64,000 nucleotides of DNA from an uncultured Duodenibacillus sp. (GCA_944388865.1 CALXKM010000021.1:5482-69481); one strand, 5' to 3'; counted from the first letter of the stretch, positions 20,494-28,794 are shown. Made by a program: numbers and translations. Notes: generated from the sequence alone by a model not told the origin.

Positions 20494-23400
20494 TTAACGG
20501 GAAATCTTGAAGATTTCCTCAATTTCGCGGTTGGAAAGATCGCCGATCCAGGCCTCGCCTGTGGTGATCGTCACATCGGCCAGTTCCTTTTTGCGCTCAA
20601 TCATTTTGTTGAGCTTTTCTTCGAACGTGCCTTCTGTGATGAAGCGATAGACGATCACGTCGCGGTTTTGACCAATGCGGTAGGCGCGGTCATTTGCCTG
20701 GGCTTCGACGGCCGGATTCCACCACAGGTCGTAATGGATGACGGCAGAAGCTGACGTCAGATTAAGTCCCAAGCCGCCCGCTTTCAGCGAAAGCACCAAA
20801 ACTTTGGATTGAATGTCGTTTTGGAATCTGTCGATCATGGCCTGACGCTCGGCAAAGGGAACGCCCCCGTGCAGAAAGTCGGGCTTGCGTCCGAAGGCCT
20901 GCGCAATCCAGCCGACTAGAAGGTGCCCCATTTCGGCAAACTGCGTAAAGACAAGCACCTTGCGCTCGGCTTCAAAGCACTGGCCGAGCAGTTCAATAAG
21001 CGCCTGCCCCTTTCCCGAATCGGGCTTGTCGCAAGAACTCTTTTGAAAGTGGCTCGGCGAATTGACGATTTGCTTGAGGTGCGTGATCATGCGCAGAATG
21101 TTTCCCCGACGCTTGAGATTGAGCGCGGCTAGAGTCTGATTTTCTCCTTCAGAGCCTTCGGCGTTTTGTGCGCTGTCCTCGATTTGCCGGGTTTGCTCGG
21201 AGAGCTGATCGAGATCGGCTAAAGACGTTTTCAGACACTCTTCGTAGAGCGCAGTCTGCGCGACGGTAAGCGTCGTGAAGTAGTCGATGCTCTCACGGGC
21301 GGGCAAGTCGGCGATGATGTTTTTGTCGCTTTTCATGCGCCGAATCATGAAGGGTTTTGTGAGACGCCGGAACTGCTCGAGCACGAGTTCGCTGCGCTCT
21401 TCTTCAATCGGGCGTGCAAAGGTGTCGCGAAAGCTCTTGAGCGACCCCAAGAGCTTGGGCTGCACGGCGGCCATGATTGACCAGAACTCCTGCAGGCGGT
21501 TTTCAACAGGCGTGCCGCTCATGGCGATGACTTGCGGTGCAGGGAAATGCCGGGCGGCCGTTGACTGCTCGGTTGCTGAGTTTTTGATTGCCTGCGCTTC
21601 ATCGAGCACCAAAAGCCGCCATTTGCGTTTGCTTAAAATCCCAAGATCGTTGGCCAGAATGCGGTAGCTCGTGATGACGACGTCAGGCATCGTCTGAGGC
21701 AGCTTGCGGTTTTGTCCGTGATGAGCCGTCACGGACAGTGACGGGGCAAAGCGGGCAAGTTCGCGCATCCAGTTGGTGATGACGGAGGTTGGAACGACGA
21801 CAAGAACGCTGCCCTCGCTTAGTTCTCCATCGTTTTTAAACTGCTGCAGCGCAGCAATCACCTGCACCGTTTTGCCAAGCCCCATATCGTCGGCAATCAA
21901 GGCTCCGAGCCCCAAACGAAGGTTTTTCATGAGCCAGGAAAAGCCGCGCAGCTGATAAGGGCGCAGCGTTGCTGCAAGCTCTGCCGGCGGCTGCAGCTCG
22001 TCAACGGCCAAAAGCGCATTGAGTCGTTCGCGTACGGAGTCGGAAGCTTCTACTGCTGCGCCCTGATAGTTGCCCGTGAGAACCGCACGCAGCTTGTCCC
22101 AATTCGTGACGCGCTTGTTGGCGGCAAGTTGCCCTTGAATTTTTTCGGAAGCTTCCTGCGTGAGGTATACAAAACGGTCTTTGTAGGAGACGATATGTCC
22201 GGCCTTCTTGATGAGTCCGCGCAGTTCGTCAAGAGAAATGCGCGCGTTGCCCACAGCGGCTTCCCAGCGGAAATCGGCAAGAGAATATTTGTCGAGCAGT
22301 CCTTTTGTCTCGAGCGTTTCGCCCGCTTCGGCCACGGCAATGAGCTTGGGTTCAAGAAGATTTTTGAGCTCCTCGGGCAGACGCACGTAGATGCCGGCAA
22401 CAGCACATTTGGGCGCTTCGTTGAAGAGAAAATCCTCAATTTCAGATGTACTGAGCTCGACTTCGAGCGCTTCGTGCGGGGAAGCGGCATTTTTGGGCGT
22501 CTTTTTTGCTGCCTGCCGAATGTACTTGTCAAGCTTTTGCTTAAAACGGGAAAAAATGTTGAATGTGCTGCTATAGGTTTCAACGGTGTAAGCAGCCGCT
22601 CTAGCCAGAGCGGGATATGCCTTTTGAGCGCTTAGAACCTGATCGACGCGAATAAGGCGGCCATCAGCAATCTGCGTCTTTTTGGGGGTAAAGCCAATCG
22701 TTGCTGCTGCTTTGCCGCCGCCCGCGTTGCGAACGGATATCACCAGTTCTTCGGGCAGCGCCGTGCGAAGCAAAAGCGTGCGCAGATCGCTGTAGACGCA
22801 GCGCGAGTCAAAGCGATTGCGCTGAATATGAAAAAAGTAGTTGTCGTTGAGTTCGGGATTGGTTTTCCCAAAAGACGACGCAGTCAGACGCTCGACGATT
22901 TCATGATTTGCCAGAGACTTTTTGCTCTTCACGCTCATGCGCAAAATGGCTGAAACGGCAAGAGCAAGGGCGCGCAGCGCGGTGAGCTGCTCAACGTGCT
23001 TGCCCTGCATCTGAAGACTTTTGGCAAAGAGCTCTTTGCTGTAGGGGCTAAGCAATGCGGCAAGCCTTGAGACGCGCTCGCGCACCTGCGGAAGATACAT
23101 GGCCGGCAGCCACAAATAGTTGACTTCGAGCGTGTCTTCGTGCCAAACCGGAGTCGGAACGAGAGAGCCCGCAGCCAAAAGCTTGGCCGCCATGCGGACG
23201 ACGGCTCGCCAAACGACAAAGTTTTCCGGAGCATCAACTACGGCCCAGCGCGGCATCGTCATGAGCGGCACGAGAAACTGCTCGGCGCTAAGCTCCAAAG
23301 GCATATCGGCAGCCGTTTCTTTTTCATTGGGCTTGAATGGAGCCGGCGCAAGCGTTGCTTCAAAGACGAGGTCAAAGGGGCTTTCGTTCGGGCTTTCCTT

Positions 23401-24393
23401 GACGCTGAGATGCTCGAACGTTCTGCCAGCAAGGCCGCGCTCTTGGAGCATTTCTTCCCAGAGCGTGAGGGGGCGGCGGCCGCTTGGCTCAAAGTCGCTT
23501 TCGCCGGCCTCAAGAGCGGGCAGCAGTTTGCGAATCTGTCTTTGCGCGACGCCGAGAAGCTCCTCATAGCGACCGGCAAAAGGACAGTTTTCACGATAGA
23601 GCATGTTGCCGTGCCGATAGCTTTGCGCAACGTAAGCCGGCAATATGGAGCCCACCGTTGTGCCAAGCGAAGCAAAGGGCTGAAGTCCGAAAAAGAGAAG
23701 TTCGCCGTAGGCGCGGCGTTTGGTCGGCGGCAGTCCGATGTCAATGAGTTGGGCTTCATCGCGCAGAACGCGCTCAAGCGAACGGGGCAGCGCTGTGATC
23801 GGCCGTTGCGGCGAGAGCCCGTAATCATTGAGTGCTTTTGTGATGTCGCCGACGGCCACGTGCAGAAACGAGTCGGTATGAGTGCATATCCAGACAGCTA
23901 GAAAGACAGTGACCTGCCCCAGCACGTCGTCTTCGGTTTCTTCTGCGCCGATGTCGTCAAAGAACTCGGGCTTGCCGAGGTGAACAGAAAGGCGTTTGCC
24001 GTCAGGGATCGGATTGATGTCGTGCCTGAGCATCATTGCATGCAGCTCTCGCGGATAGACGCGAGCGAAGATTTTTTCCACCAGATCAGGACGCGTGATC
24101 AATTCGGCTATGAATCCGTCAAAACGCGTGTCGTCAACGAGCTTCCAAGGAGCTCGATAGGAAAAGGTAGTTTCCTCACCAAGGCCGTAGATAAACAAAA
24201 ACTTCAGAAGTTCGCCGTTTTGTGATGCACTGACGGCGTTGTCAATGGATTCAAGAAAATCTGGGTTTGAGACGTCGCGAAGCGCCAAATTAAATACTTC
24301 AAGCGATCTTTTCAAAAAACGGCGCGGAAGCCGAGCAGTGACGACCGATCGGATGAACTCCTCGGCCCAAAAGCGGTTTTCTGGATAGATCAT
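20494..24393 (-). CDS. SNF2-family DNA-dependent ATPase/helicase with a long (about 750 aa) N-terminal region
   Basis: The C-terminal half has LRPYQLRGFSWL...ADDMGLGKTVQ (motif I), VLDEAQAIKN (motif II), then LVFTQF...LSLKAGGLGLNLT...WWNPAVEAQANDRAYRIGQ (helicase C). The N-terminal region resembles the bacterial SNF2-helicase-associated domain; that rests on my recollection, not a search. Confidence 0.9.
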   Translation of the reverse strand: MIYPENRFWAEEFIRSVVTARLPRRFLKRSLEVFNLALRDVSNPDFLESIDNAVSASQNGELLKFLFIYGLGEETTFSYRAPWKLVDDTRFDGFIAELITRPDLVEKIFARVYPRELHAMMLRHDINPIPDGKRLSVHLGKPEFFDDIGAEETEDDVLGQVTVFLAVWICTHTDSFLHVAVGDITKALNDYGLSPQRPITALPRSLERVLRDEAQLIDIGLPPTKRRAYGELLFFGLQPFASLGTTVGSILPAYVAQSYRHGNMLYRENCPFAGRYEELLGVAQRQIRKLLPALEAGESDFEPSGRRPLTLWEEMLQERGLAGRTFEHLSVKESPNESPFDLVFEATLAPAPFKPNEKETAADMPLELSAEQFLVPLMTMPRWAVVDAPENFVVWRAVVRMAAKLLAAGSLVPTPVWHEDTLEVNYLWLPAMYLPQVRERVSRLAALLSPYSKELFAKSLQMQGKHVEQLTALRALALAVSAILRMSVKSKKSLANHEIVERLTASSFGKTNPELNDNYFFHIQRNRFDSRCVYSDLRTLLLRTALPEELVISVRNAGGGKAAATIGFTPKKTQIADGRLIRVDQVLSAQKAYPALARAAAYTVETYSSTFNIFSRFKQKLDKYIRQAAKKTPKNAASPHEALEVELSTSEIEDFLFNEAPKCAVAGIYVRLPEELKNLLEPKLIAVAEAGETLETKGLLDKYSLADFRWEAAVGNARISLDELRGLIKKAGHIVSYKDRFVYLTQEASEKIQGQLAANKRVTNWDKLRAVLTGNYQGAAVEASDSVRERLNALLAVDELQPPAELAATLRPYQLRGFSWLMKNLRLGLGALIADDMGLGKTVQVIAALQQFKNDGELSEGSVLVVVPTSVITNWMRELARFAPSLSVTAHHGQNRKLPQTMPDVVITSYRILANDLGILSKRKWRLLVLDEAQAIKNSATEQSTAARHFPAPQVIAMSGTPVENRLQEFWSIMAAVQPKLLGSLKSFRDTFARPIEEERSELVLEQFRRLTKPFMIRRMKSDKNIIADLPARESIDYFTTLTVAQTALYEECLKTSLADLDQLSEQTRQIEDSAQNAEGSEGENQTLAALNLKRRGNILRMITHLKQIVNSPSHFQKSSCDKPDSGKGQALIELLGQCFEAERKVLVFTQFAEMGHLLVGWIAQAFGRKPDFLHGGVPFAERQAMIDRFQNDIQSKVLVLSLKAGGLGLNLTSASAVIHYDLWWNPAVEAQANDRAYRIGQNRDVIVYRFITEGTFEEKLNKMIERKKELADVTITTGEAWIGDLSNREIEEIFKISR

Positions 24394-24617
24394 GGAAAGA
24401 AAAAAAGAGAAGGCAGACGAGAACCTGGTTGTCGACGGTGCTGTGCTTGAGAGGATTGTATCTTACCTGCTTGGCGTCAGTCTTTTTTCAAATGGCTCAT
24501 ATTCGCCTTTTTTACTGCGAAATGGAAGACTTGCATGAATCTGATTCGGGTAAAATGACCAATCCGAGGTTTGGACAAATGGTTCCGTCATTGTCGACGG
24601 TACAAGGGGACGCATAA

Positions 24618-25880
24618 ATGCGTTTGCATGTTAAGAATATAGGCATCTTGAATGATGCTGAGATTGAAATAGCAGGCATTACCGTTGTAGCAGGTGAAAA
24701 CAACACGGGGAAAAGTACATTTGGCAAAGCCCTTTACGCTGTCTTCAGTGGTCTGCATCAATTAGAAAAACGTGTAGAGAATGCAAAACGCATTGGCGCA
24801 ATGCGTGCGGCAAGCGGGGCGTTTGTCAAAATCAAAAGTTTGTCCTCCATTGATTGGTTTGAGTCTATTTGCCGTAAGATGGGAGCTACAAAGCTGACGG
24901 AAAGCTTGATTCATGAGATAGCGGAATCGTGCCCTGAAGAGCTGCTGAATGAAAAAGATGCTTTTGTGAAGAAAGCAACAAAAATTTTGTCTATGGATGA
25001 AAACATCATCAGGGAAAGACTGATGTTGGAGGCCTTTAATGGTGAATTTAGATCACAGATTCAAAATCAACTAAGTCGAGACGAACCATCGAGAGTTGAT
25101 TTGACCATACGAGATAGAACGATTTCTGTGACTATTCGTAATGAGTCAATTGATTCCTTCAGCGGTTTTGTAGATTTGATTCATACCCCTGTTTATGTTG
25201 ATGATTTGGCATCAAGCTTTGGAGGATCTAGGTCAGCCTTATTTGCCAGGGAGGCATTTAATTATCGGCATAATAGTAATTTATATGATTTGATCAACAG
25301 AAAATTGCCGGATGCTGAAGATCTAACTCGGGGAGAAGAGGGAGATGTTGTTCAGGATATTCTGAATGATCAATTGCTTAGATCGGTGCAGGAGCGATTT
25401 AACGAAATTTGCCATGGATCTCTGAGAATCATAGAAAAAGAGATAAAGTTTGTCGATGACAGCGTGCCGGGCATGCATTTGGATATGGTGAATGTGTCTT
25501 CTGGGTTGAAGACATTTTTGATTCTGCAAGAGTTGATTCGAAATGGGACAATATCTGAAAACGGCACGGTCATTATGGATGAGCCGGAAATTCACCTGCA
25601 TCCTCAATGGCAGGTGGTTCTTGCAGAGATGGTGGTGCTGCTACAGAAAGCAATGGGACTTCATATTTTGCTGACGTCGCATAGCCCGTATTTTATTTCT
25701 GCTATTGATGTATTTGCAAAAAAACATGGCGTCATTCAGAAAAATAGATATTATTTTGGGAAGAGGCAAGGAAACTTTGTTGAGATTGAGGACGTGACGA
25801 ATAGAATACGCGTTATTTATGATTCATTGGCTGAACCATATCAATTGATTCAAAATGAAGCGGATAAGTTTGAATCATGA
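24618..25880 (+). CDS. ABC/SMC-type AAA ATPase (AAA_15/AAA_21-like), candidate defence-system ATPase
   Basis: Walker A GENNTGKST (24693-24719). A helical insert of about 250 aa. Signature-like VSSGLKTF (25494-25517). Walker B/D-loop VIMDEPEIHLHP (25569-25604). H-loop TSHS (25674-25685). RBS aagggga lies upstream of the ATG. AT-rich. Confidence 0.85.
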   Translation: MRLHVKNIGILNDAEIEIAGITVVAGENNTGKSTFGKALYAVFSGLHQLEKRVENAKRIGAMRAASGAFVKIKSLSSIDWFESICRKMGATKLTESLIHEIAESCPEELLNEKDAFVKKATKILSMDENIIRERLMLEAFNGEFRSQIQNQLSRDEPSRVDLTIRDRTISVTIRNESIDSFSGFVDLIHTPVYVDDLASSFGGSRSALFAREAFNYRHNSNLYDLINRKLPDAEDLTRGEEGDVVQDILNDQLLRSVQERFNEICHGSLRIIEKEIKFVDDSVPGMHLDMVNVSSGLKTFLILQELIRNGTISENGTVIMDEPEIHLHPQWQVVLAEMVVLLQKAMGLHILLTSHSPYFISAIDVFAKKHGVIQKNRYYFGKRQGNFVEIEDVTNRIRVIYDSLAEPYQLIQNEADKFES

Positions 25881-26422
25881 AAATCCCTGTTGAGTTTGAT
25901 GAATATGAATCAACCGTTGCTGAATGTTCTTTTGATAAGGAGAACAAAAAGCCGTTGGTCGACAGCAATGAGGCAATGATTAATTTTGATGAAGTTGCGC
26001 AAGCTTATCCTAGTGAAGTTCAAATGGATTCGGTGCCTGCTTCGGCTGACGGCTTGTTTCTTGATGCAGACGGAAAGTATGTGTTTGCTGAATTTAAATC
26101 AGGAAAGCCAGATAGGTGGGAGATTCTTAGGAAAGGAGTAGACTCTGCGATCGTTTTGATTGATAAAAAGAATAAGACTATTGCATGGTTGCGTGAAAAT
26201 GCTGAATTTATACTGGTATATCCAGAGTTGCCGACCGCCTCAAATGATAGGCAGATAGAGACGTCAGAGGATTTGAATAGAGATTCGAGAAACAGGCTTT
26301 TCATGAAGGGAACAGCCAATGCGACGAATCAGATTCGTTTGTATACCCAGGGCTTAAAAGGGTATCTGTATAAAAATGTTTACGAAATGTCTCCCGAAAG
26401 ATTCAAAAAGCAATATTGTTAA
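25877..26422 (+). CDS. Hypothetical 181-aa protein with a PD-(D/E)xK-like motif, translationally coupled to the upstream ATPase
   Basis: Its ATG overlaps the ATPase stop as ATGA (25877-25880). It shares the islet's AT-rich composition. The motif is SADGLFLDADGKYVFAEFKSG (D58...E72-F-K74). I cannot recognise a family by eye. Confidence 0.6.
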   Translation: MKIPVEFDEYESTVAECSFDKENKKPLVDSNEAMINFDEVAQAYPSEVQMDSVPASADGLFLDADGKYVFAEFKSGKPDRWEILRKGVDSAIVLIDKKNKTIAWLRENAEFILVYPELPTASNDRQIETSEDLNRDSRNRLFMKGTANATNQIRLYTQGLKGYLYKNVYEMSPERFKKQYC

Positions 26423-26455
26423 GATCAATAATTTTGGGGATCCACGGGGGCTGCA

Positions 26456-27241
26456 TTAATTTTTGAGTTTGTAGCCTTTAACAAAAAGTGCTGTCGCAGC
26501 AGCAAGAAGCGCAACCGAGGCGGCCGCAACGATCGACAATGACAGCCATGGCGCGAAGTCGCTTTTGCCGAAAAAGCCGTAGCGAAAGCCGTCGATCATG
26601 TAAAAGAAGGGATTAAAAAGCGAGGCTTTGGCCCAAAAGGGAGGCAATTGCGAGACCGAATAAAAGACGCCCGAAAGAAACGTCAGCGGCAAGATGACAA
26701 AAGTCTGAAACGCTCCCATTTGATCGTACTTTTCTGCCCATAGTCCGCAGATGACGCCCAGGCTTGCCATGATGACTGAGCCCAGCACGGCAAAGAGCAC
26801 GATCCACAATGGATGTTTCAAGGCAGGAATGCTCCAGAAAAACGCTGCCAAAAGAACGCCCGTACCCACAATCAGGCCACGCACGACAGAGGCCGCAATA
26901 TAGGCTGCGGCAAGCTGCCAGCCTGAAAAAGGAGGCAGCAGCACGAAGACCATGCTGCCGGTGATCTTGGACTGCAAGATGGAAGAGGCAGAATTGGCAA
27001 AGCTATTTTGTAAAAGCGTCATCATCACCAAGCCAGGGATGAGAAAATCGATGTAGGAGACGCCTTCGAGAACCGTCATTTTGCCTTCGAGCACTCCGCC
27101 GAAAACAAGCAGATACAGCGTCGAGGTGAGAATCGGGGCGAGCACCGAGTGCAGGGCAATTTTTCTAAAGCGCAGAATCTCCTTTTCAAAGAGAGTGAAA
27201 AAGGCGGCGCGGCTGTTGTAGGCTAGGGGCTGAGGCTGCAT
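26456..27241 (-). CDS. yadH: ABC-2 type transporter permease YadH-like
   Basis: Collinear with E. coli YadH as I recall it: FLIPGLVMM...LPLTFLSGVFYS...LPPFW...NPFFYMIDGFRYGFFG. Confidence 0.88.
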   Translation of the reverse strand: MQPQPLAYNSRAAFFTLFEKEILRFRKIALHSVLAPILTSTLYLLVFGGVLEGKMTVLEGVSYIDFLIPGLVMMTLLQNSFANSASSILQSKITGSMVFVLLPPFSGWQLAAAYIAASVVRGLIVGTGVLLAAFFWSIPALKHPLWIVLFAVLGSVIMASLGVICGLWAEKYDQMGAFQTFVILPLTFLSGVFYSVSQLPPFWAKASLFNPFFYMIDGFRYGFFGKSDFAPWLSLSIVAAASVALLAAATALFVKGYKLKN

Positions 27242-27251
27242 GGCGTGTGGC

Positions 27252-28163
27252 CTATTTTGCGGTAAGGCGCAGAAAAACTTCTTCTAAATTGGCTTGCCCG
27301 ACATGCACGACTTCCATATCGACGCGAGCTTGCTGCAAGGTAAAAAGTACGTTGCAGAGCGCTCCGGCATTCTCAAATGATGTGCACCAAAGATTGTCTT
27401 TGACGTGCTCAAAGACGTAGGGCGTGTTGTTGGGAATGTCGCCCGAGATCAACCTGAACTGCAGGCGGTTTCCGGAAAATCGTCTAAGCAGCATTGCGGT
27501 GTCGTCAACGGCGGCGACTTTTCCCTTGTTTAAGAGCGCTATGCGCCGGCACAAGGCTTGCGCTTCTTCAAGGTAGTGCGTTGTGAGCACAATGGTATGG
27601 CCTTGGGCATGGAGCTCTTTCATGAAGTCCCAGATGCGGTGTCGAAGTTCGATGTCTACGCCTGCCGTCGGCTCATCGAGCACGATGACGGGAGGCTTGT
27701 GCACCAGCGCCTGCGCAATGAGAACGCGCCGCTTCATGCCGCCAGAAAGCCTAGAGACGCGGGCATCAGCCTTGTCCGCAAGACCCAGTTTTTCGATGAG
27801 CGTGCTGATCCACTTTTCGTTGTTCCTTAGACCATAGTAGCCGCTTTGCTGGCAAAGAATTTCATTCACAGTAAAGAAAGGATCAACCGTGATTTCCTGC
27901 GGCACGATGCCGACGGCCATTTTGCAAAACCGCCAGTCGCGCACCGTATCTCTGCCCAGAACCTCAATGGTGCCGCCATCTGGCTTGATCAAAGAACCCA
28001 AAGCAGAAATAAGCGTGCTTTTTCCTGCACCGTTGGGGCCTAGAAGACCAAAGAATTCGCCTTCAAAAACATCAAGCGAGACGTCTGAGAGCGCAATTGT
28101 GGCGTGTCCGCCTCGACGGTAGGCTTTACTCAAATGTCTGATCGATAAAGCGGCTTTGCTCAC
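27252..28163 (-). CDS. yadG: ABC transporter ATP-binding protein YadG-like
   Basis: GLLGPNGAGKST, LSGGMKRRVLIAQAL, VLDEPTAGVDIELR and LTTHYLEEA, collinear with E. coli YadG as I recall it. Confidence 0.92.
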   Translation of the reverse strand: MSKAALSIRHLSKAYRRGGHATIALSDVSLDVFEGEFFGLLGPNGAGKSTLISALGSLIKPDGGTIEVLGRDTVRDWRFCKMAVGIVPQEITVDPFFTVNEILCQQSGYYGLRNNEKWISTLIEKLGLADKADARVSRLSGGMKRRVLIAQALVHKPPVIVLDEPTAGVDIELRHRIWDFMKELHAQGHTIVLTTHYLEEAQALCRRIALLNKGKVAAVDDTAMLLRRFSGNRLQFRLISGDIPNNTPYVFEHVKDNLWCTSFENAGALCNVLFTLQQARVDMEVVHVGQANLEEVFLRLTAK

Positions 28164-28654
28164 GCTTTCTCCTTGGGTTGAAGCGCGAGAAGGGCTTTTT
28201 GTCTAGCTTGGTGCCATTCGTTTTCGTGCTTTTTAACAAAATCAACTAGAGCAGCTGCTACGGCGATGGATTCTTCTGAGGCCTCAGCAGCATGGGCTTT
28301 GGCTGCCTTGCGGGCAGCGTCTGTGGCGAGTCCAATGACCTCAGAGAAAAATACTTCAAGCGCTTTTCGCTTCTCGTGCAGAAGCTTGCCAAGGATGAGT
28401 CCGTCTGCAGTCATCTCCAGAGGACCGTAGGGGTAGTAGTTGATAAGTCCCAGAGCTTTGAGCGAGCGCATGGTCGCAGCAACCGTCGCGCGCGAGACGC
28501 CTGCGGTTTGCGCTATGGAACAGCCTCGGGCAACGCCTGTTTTGAGCTGCTCTTCGTAGATGATTTCCAAGTAATCGGCCTGAGCAGCGGTGAGCTCGGG
28601 CAAATTGTCCAGATCGAGGTGTTCGTGAGACGTGTGCTGCGGCAACGAGGGCAT
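28160..28654 (-). CDS. DtxR/MntR-family metal-dependent transcriptional regulator
   Basis: Starting from ATG 28654, the N-terminal wHTH reads AQADYLEIIYEE...SIAQTAGVSRATVAATMRSLKALGLI, followed by a dimerisation helix GLILGKLLHEKRKALEVFFSEV. Its stop overlaps the yadG start by 4 nt. Confidence 0.8.
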   Translation of the reverse strand: MPSLPQHTSHEHLDLDNLPELTAAQADYLEIIYEEQLKTGVARGCSIAQTAGVSRATVAATMRSLKALGLINYYPYGPLEMTADGLILGKLLHEKRKALEVFFSEVIGLATDAARKAAKAHAAEASEESIAVAAALVDFVKKHENEWHQARQKALLALQPKEKA

Positions 28655-28720
28655 GATGAACGAATGCGAAATGCTTCTCAGTTTGACATTGTCGAGATTA
28701 TAGCGATATACTCGCCGCAC

Positions 28721-28738
28721 TGTTAGTTGCAACTAACA
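28721..28738. promoter_or_regulatory. Perfect 18-bp palindrome, candidate operator in the divergent regulator/chuW intergenic region
   Basis: TGTTAGTTGCAACTAACA equals its own reverse complement. It lies 67 nt upstream of the DtxR-like gene and 57 nt upstream of chuW. The half-site TTAGTTG loosely recalls DtxR/IdeR-type TTAGGTTAG half-sites. Confidence 0.5.
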
Positions 28739-28753
28739 ATGAGAATGAGTATC
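28738..28753. promoter_or_regulatory. Fur-box-like sequence upstream of the haem locus
   Basis: AATGAGAATGAGTATC matches 13 of 16 positions of AATGATAATCATTATC, the 3' 16 nt of the E. coli Fur consensus (hand alignment). It abuts the palindrome. Confidence 0.4.
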
Positions 28754-28794
28754 ACTTATTGCAATGAATCAAATCTTTAAAAGCACGCCTATCC

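Noticed and set aside
24429-24617. 62-codon ORF ending exactly at the start of the islet ATPase, considered as a possible third system component or antitoxin
   Set aside because: It has a TTG start, no convincing Shine-Dalgarno for this or the internal ATG, and a hydrophobic/Cys-rich product with odd composition. It is kept only as a note in the promoter-region finding.
20494-26455. Treating the SNF2 helicase plus the ATPase and 181-aa gene as one three-gene system
   Set aside because: The SNF2 gene has core-like high G+C, faces the opposite direction and has its own terminator, while the composition break starts right at its 5' end. The evidence favours a two-gene insertion next to a resident gene. 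The weaker possibility is kept as a separate low-score finding.
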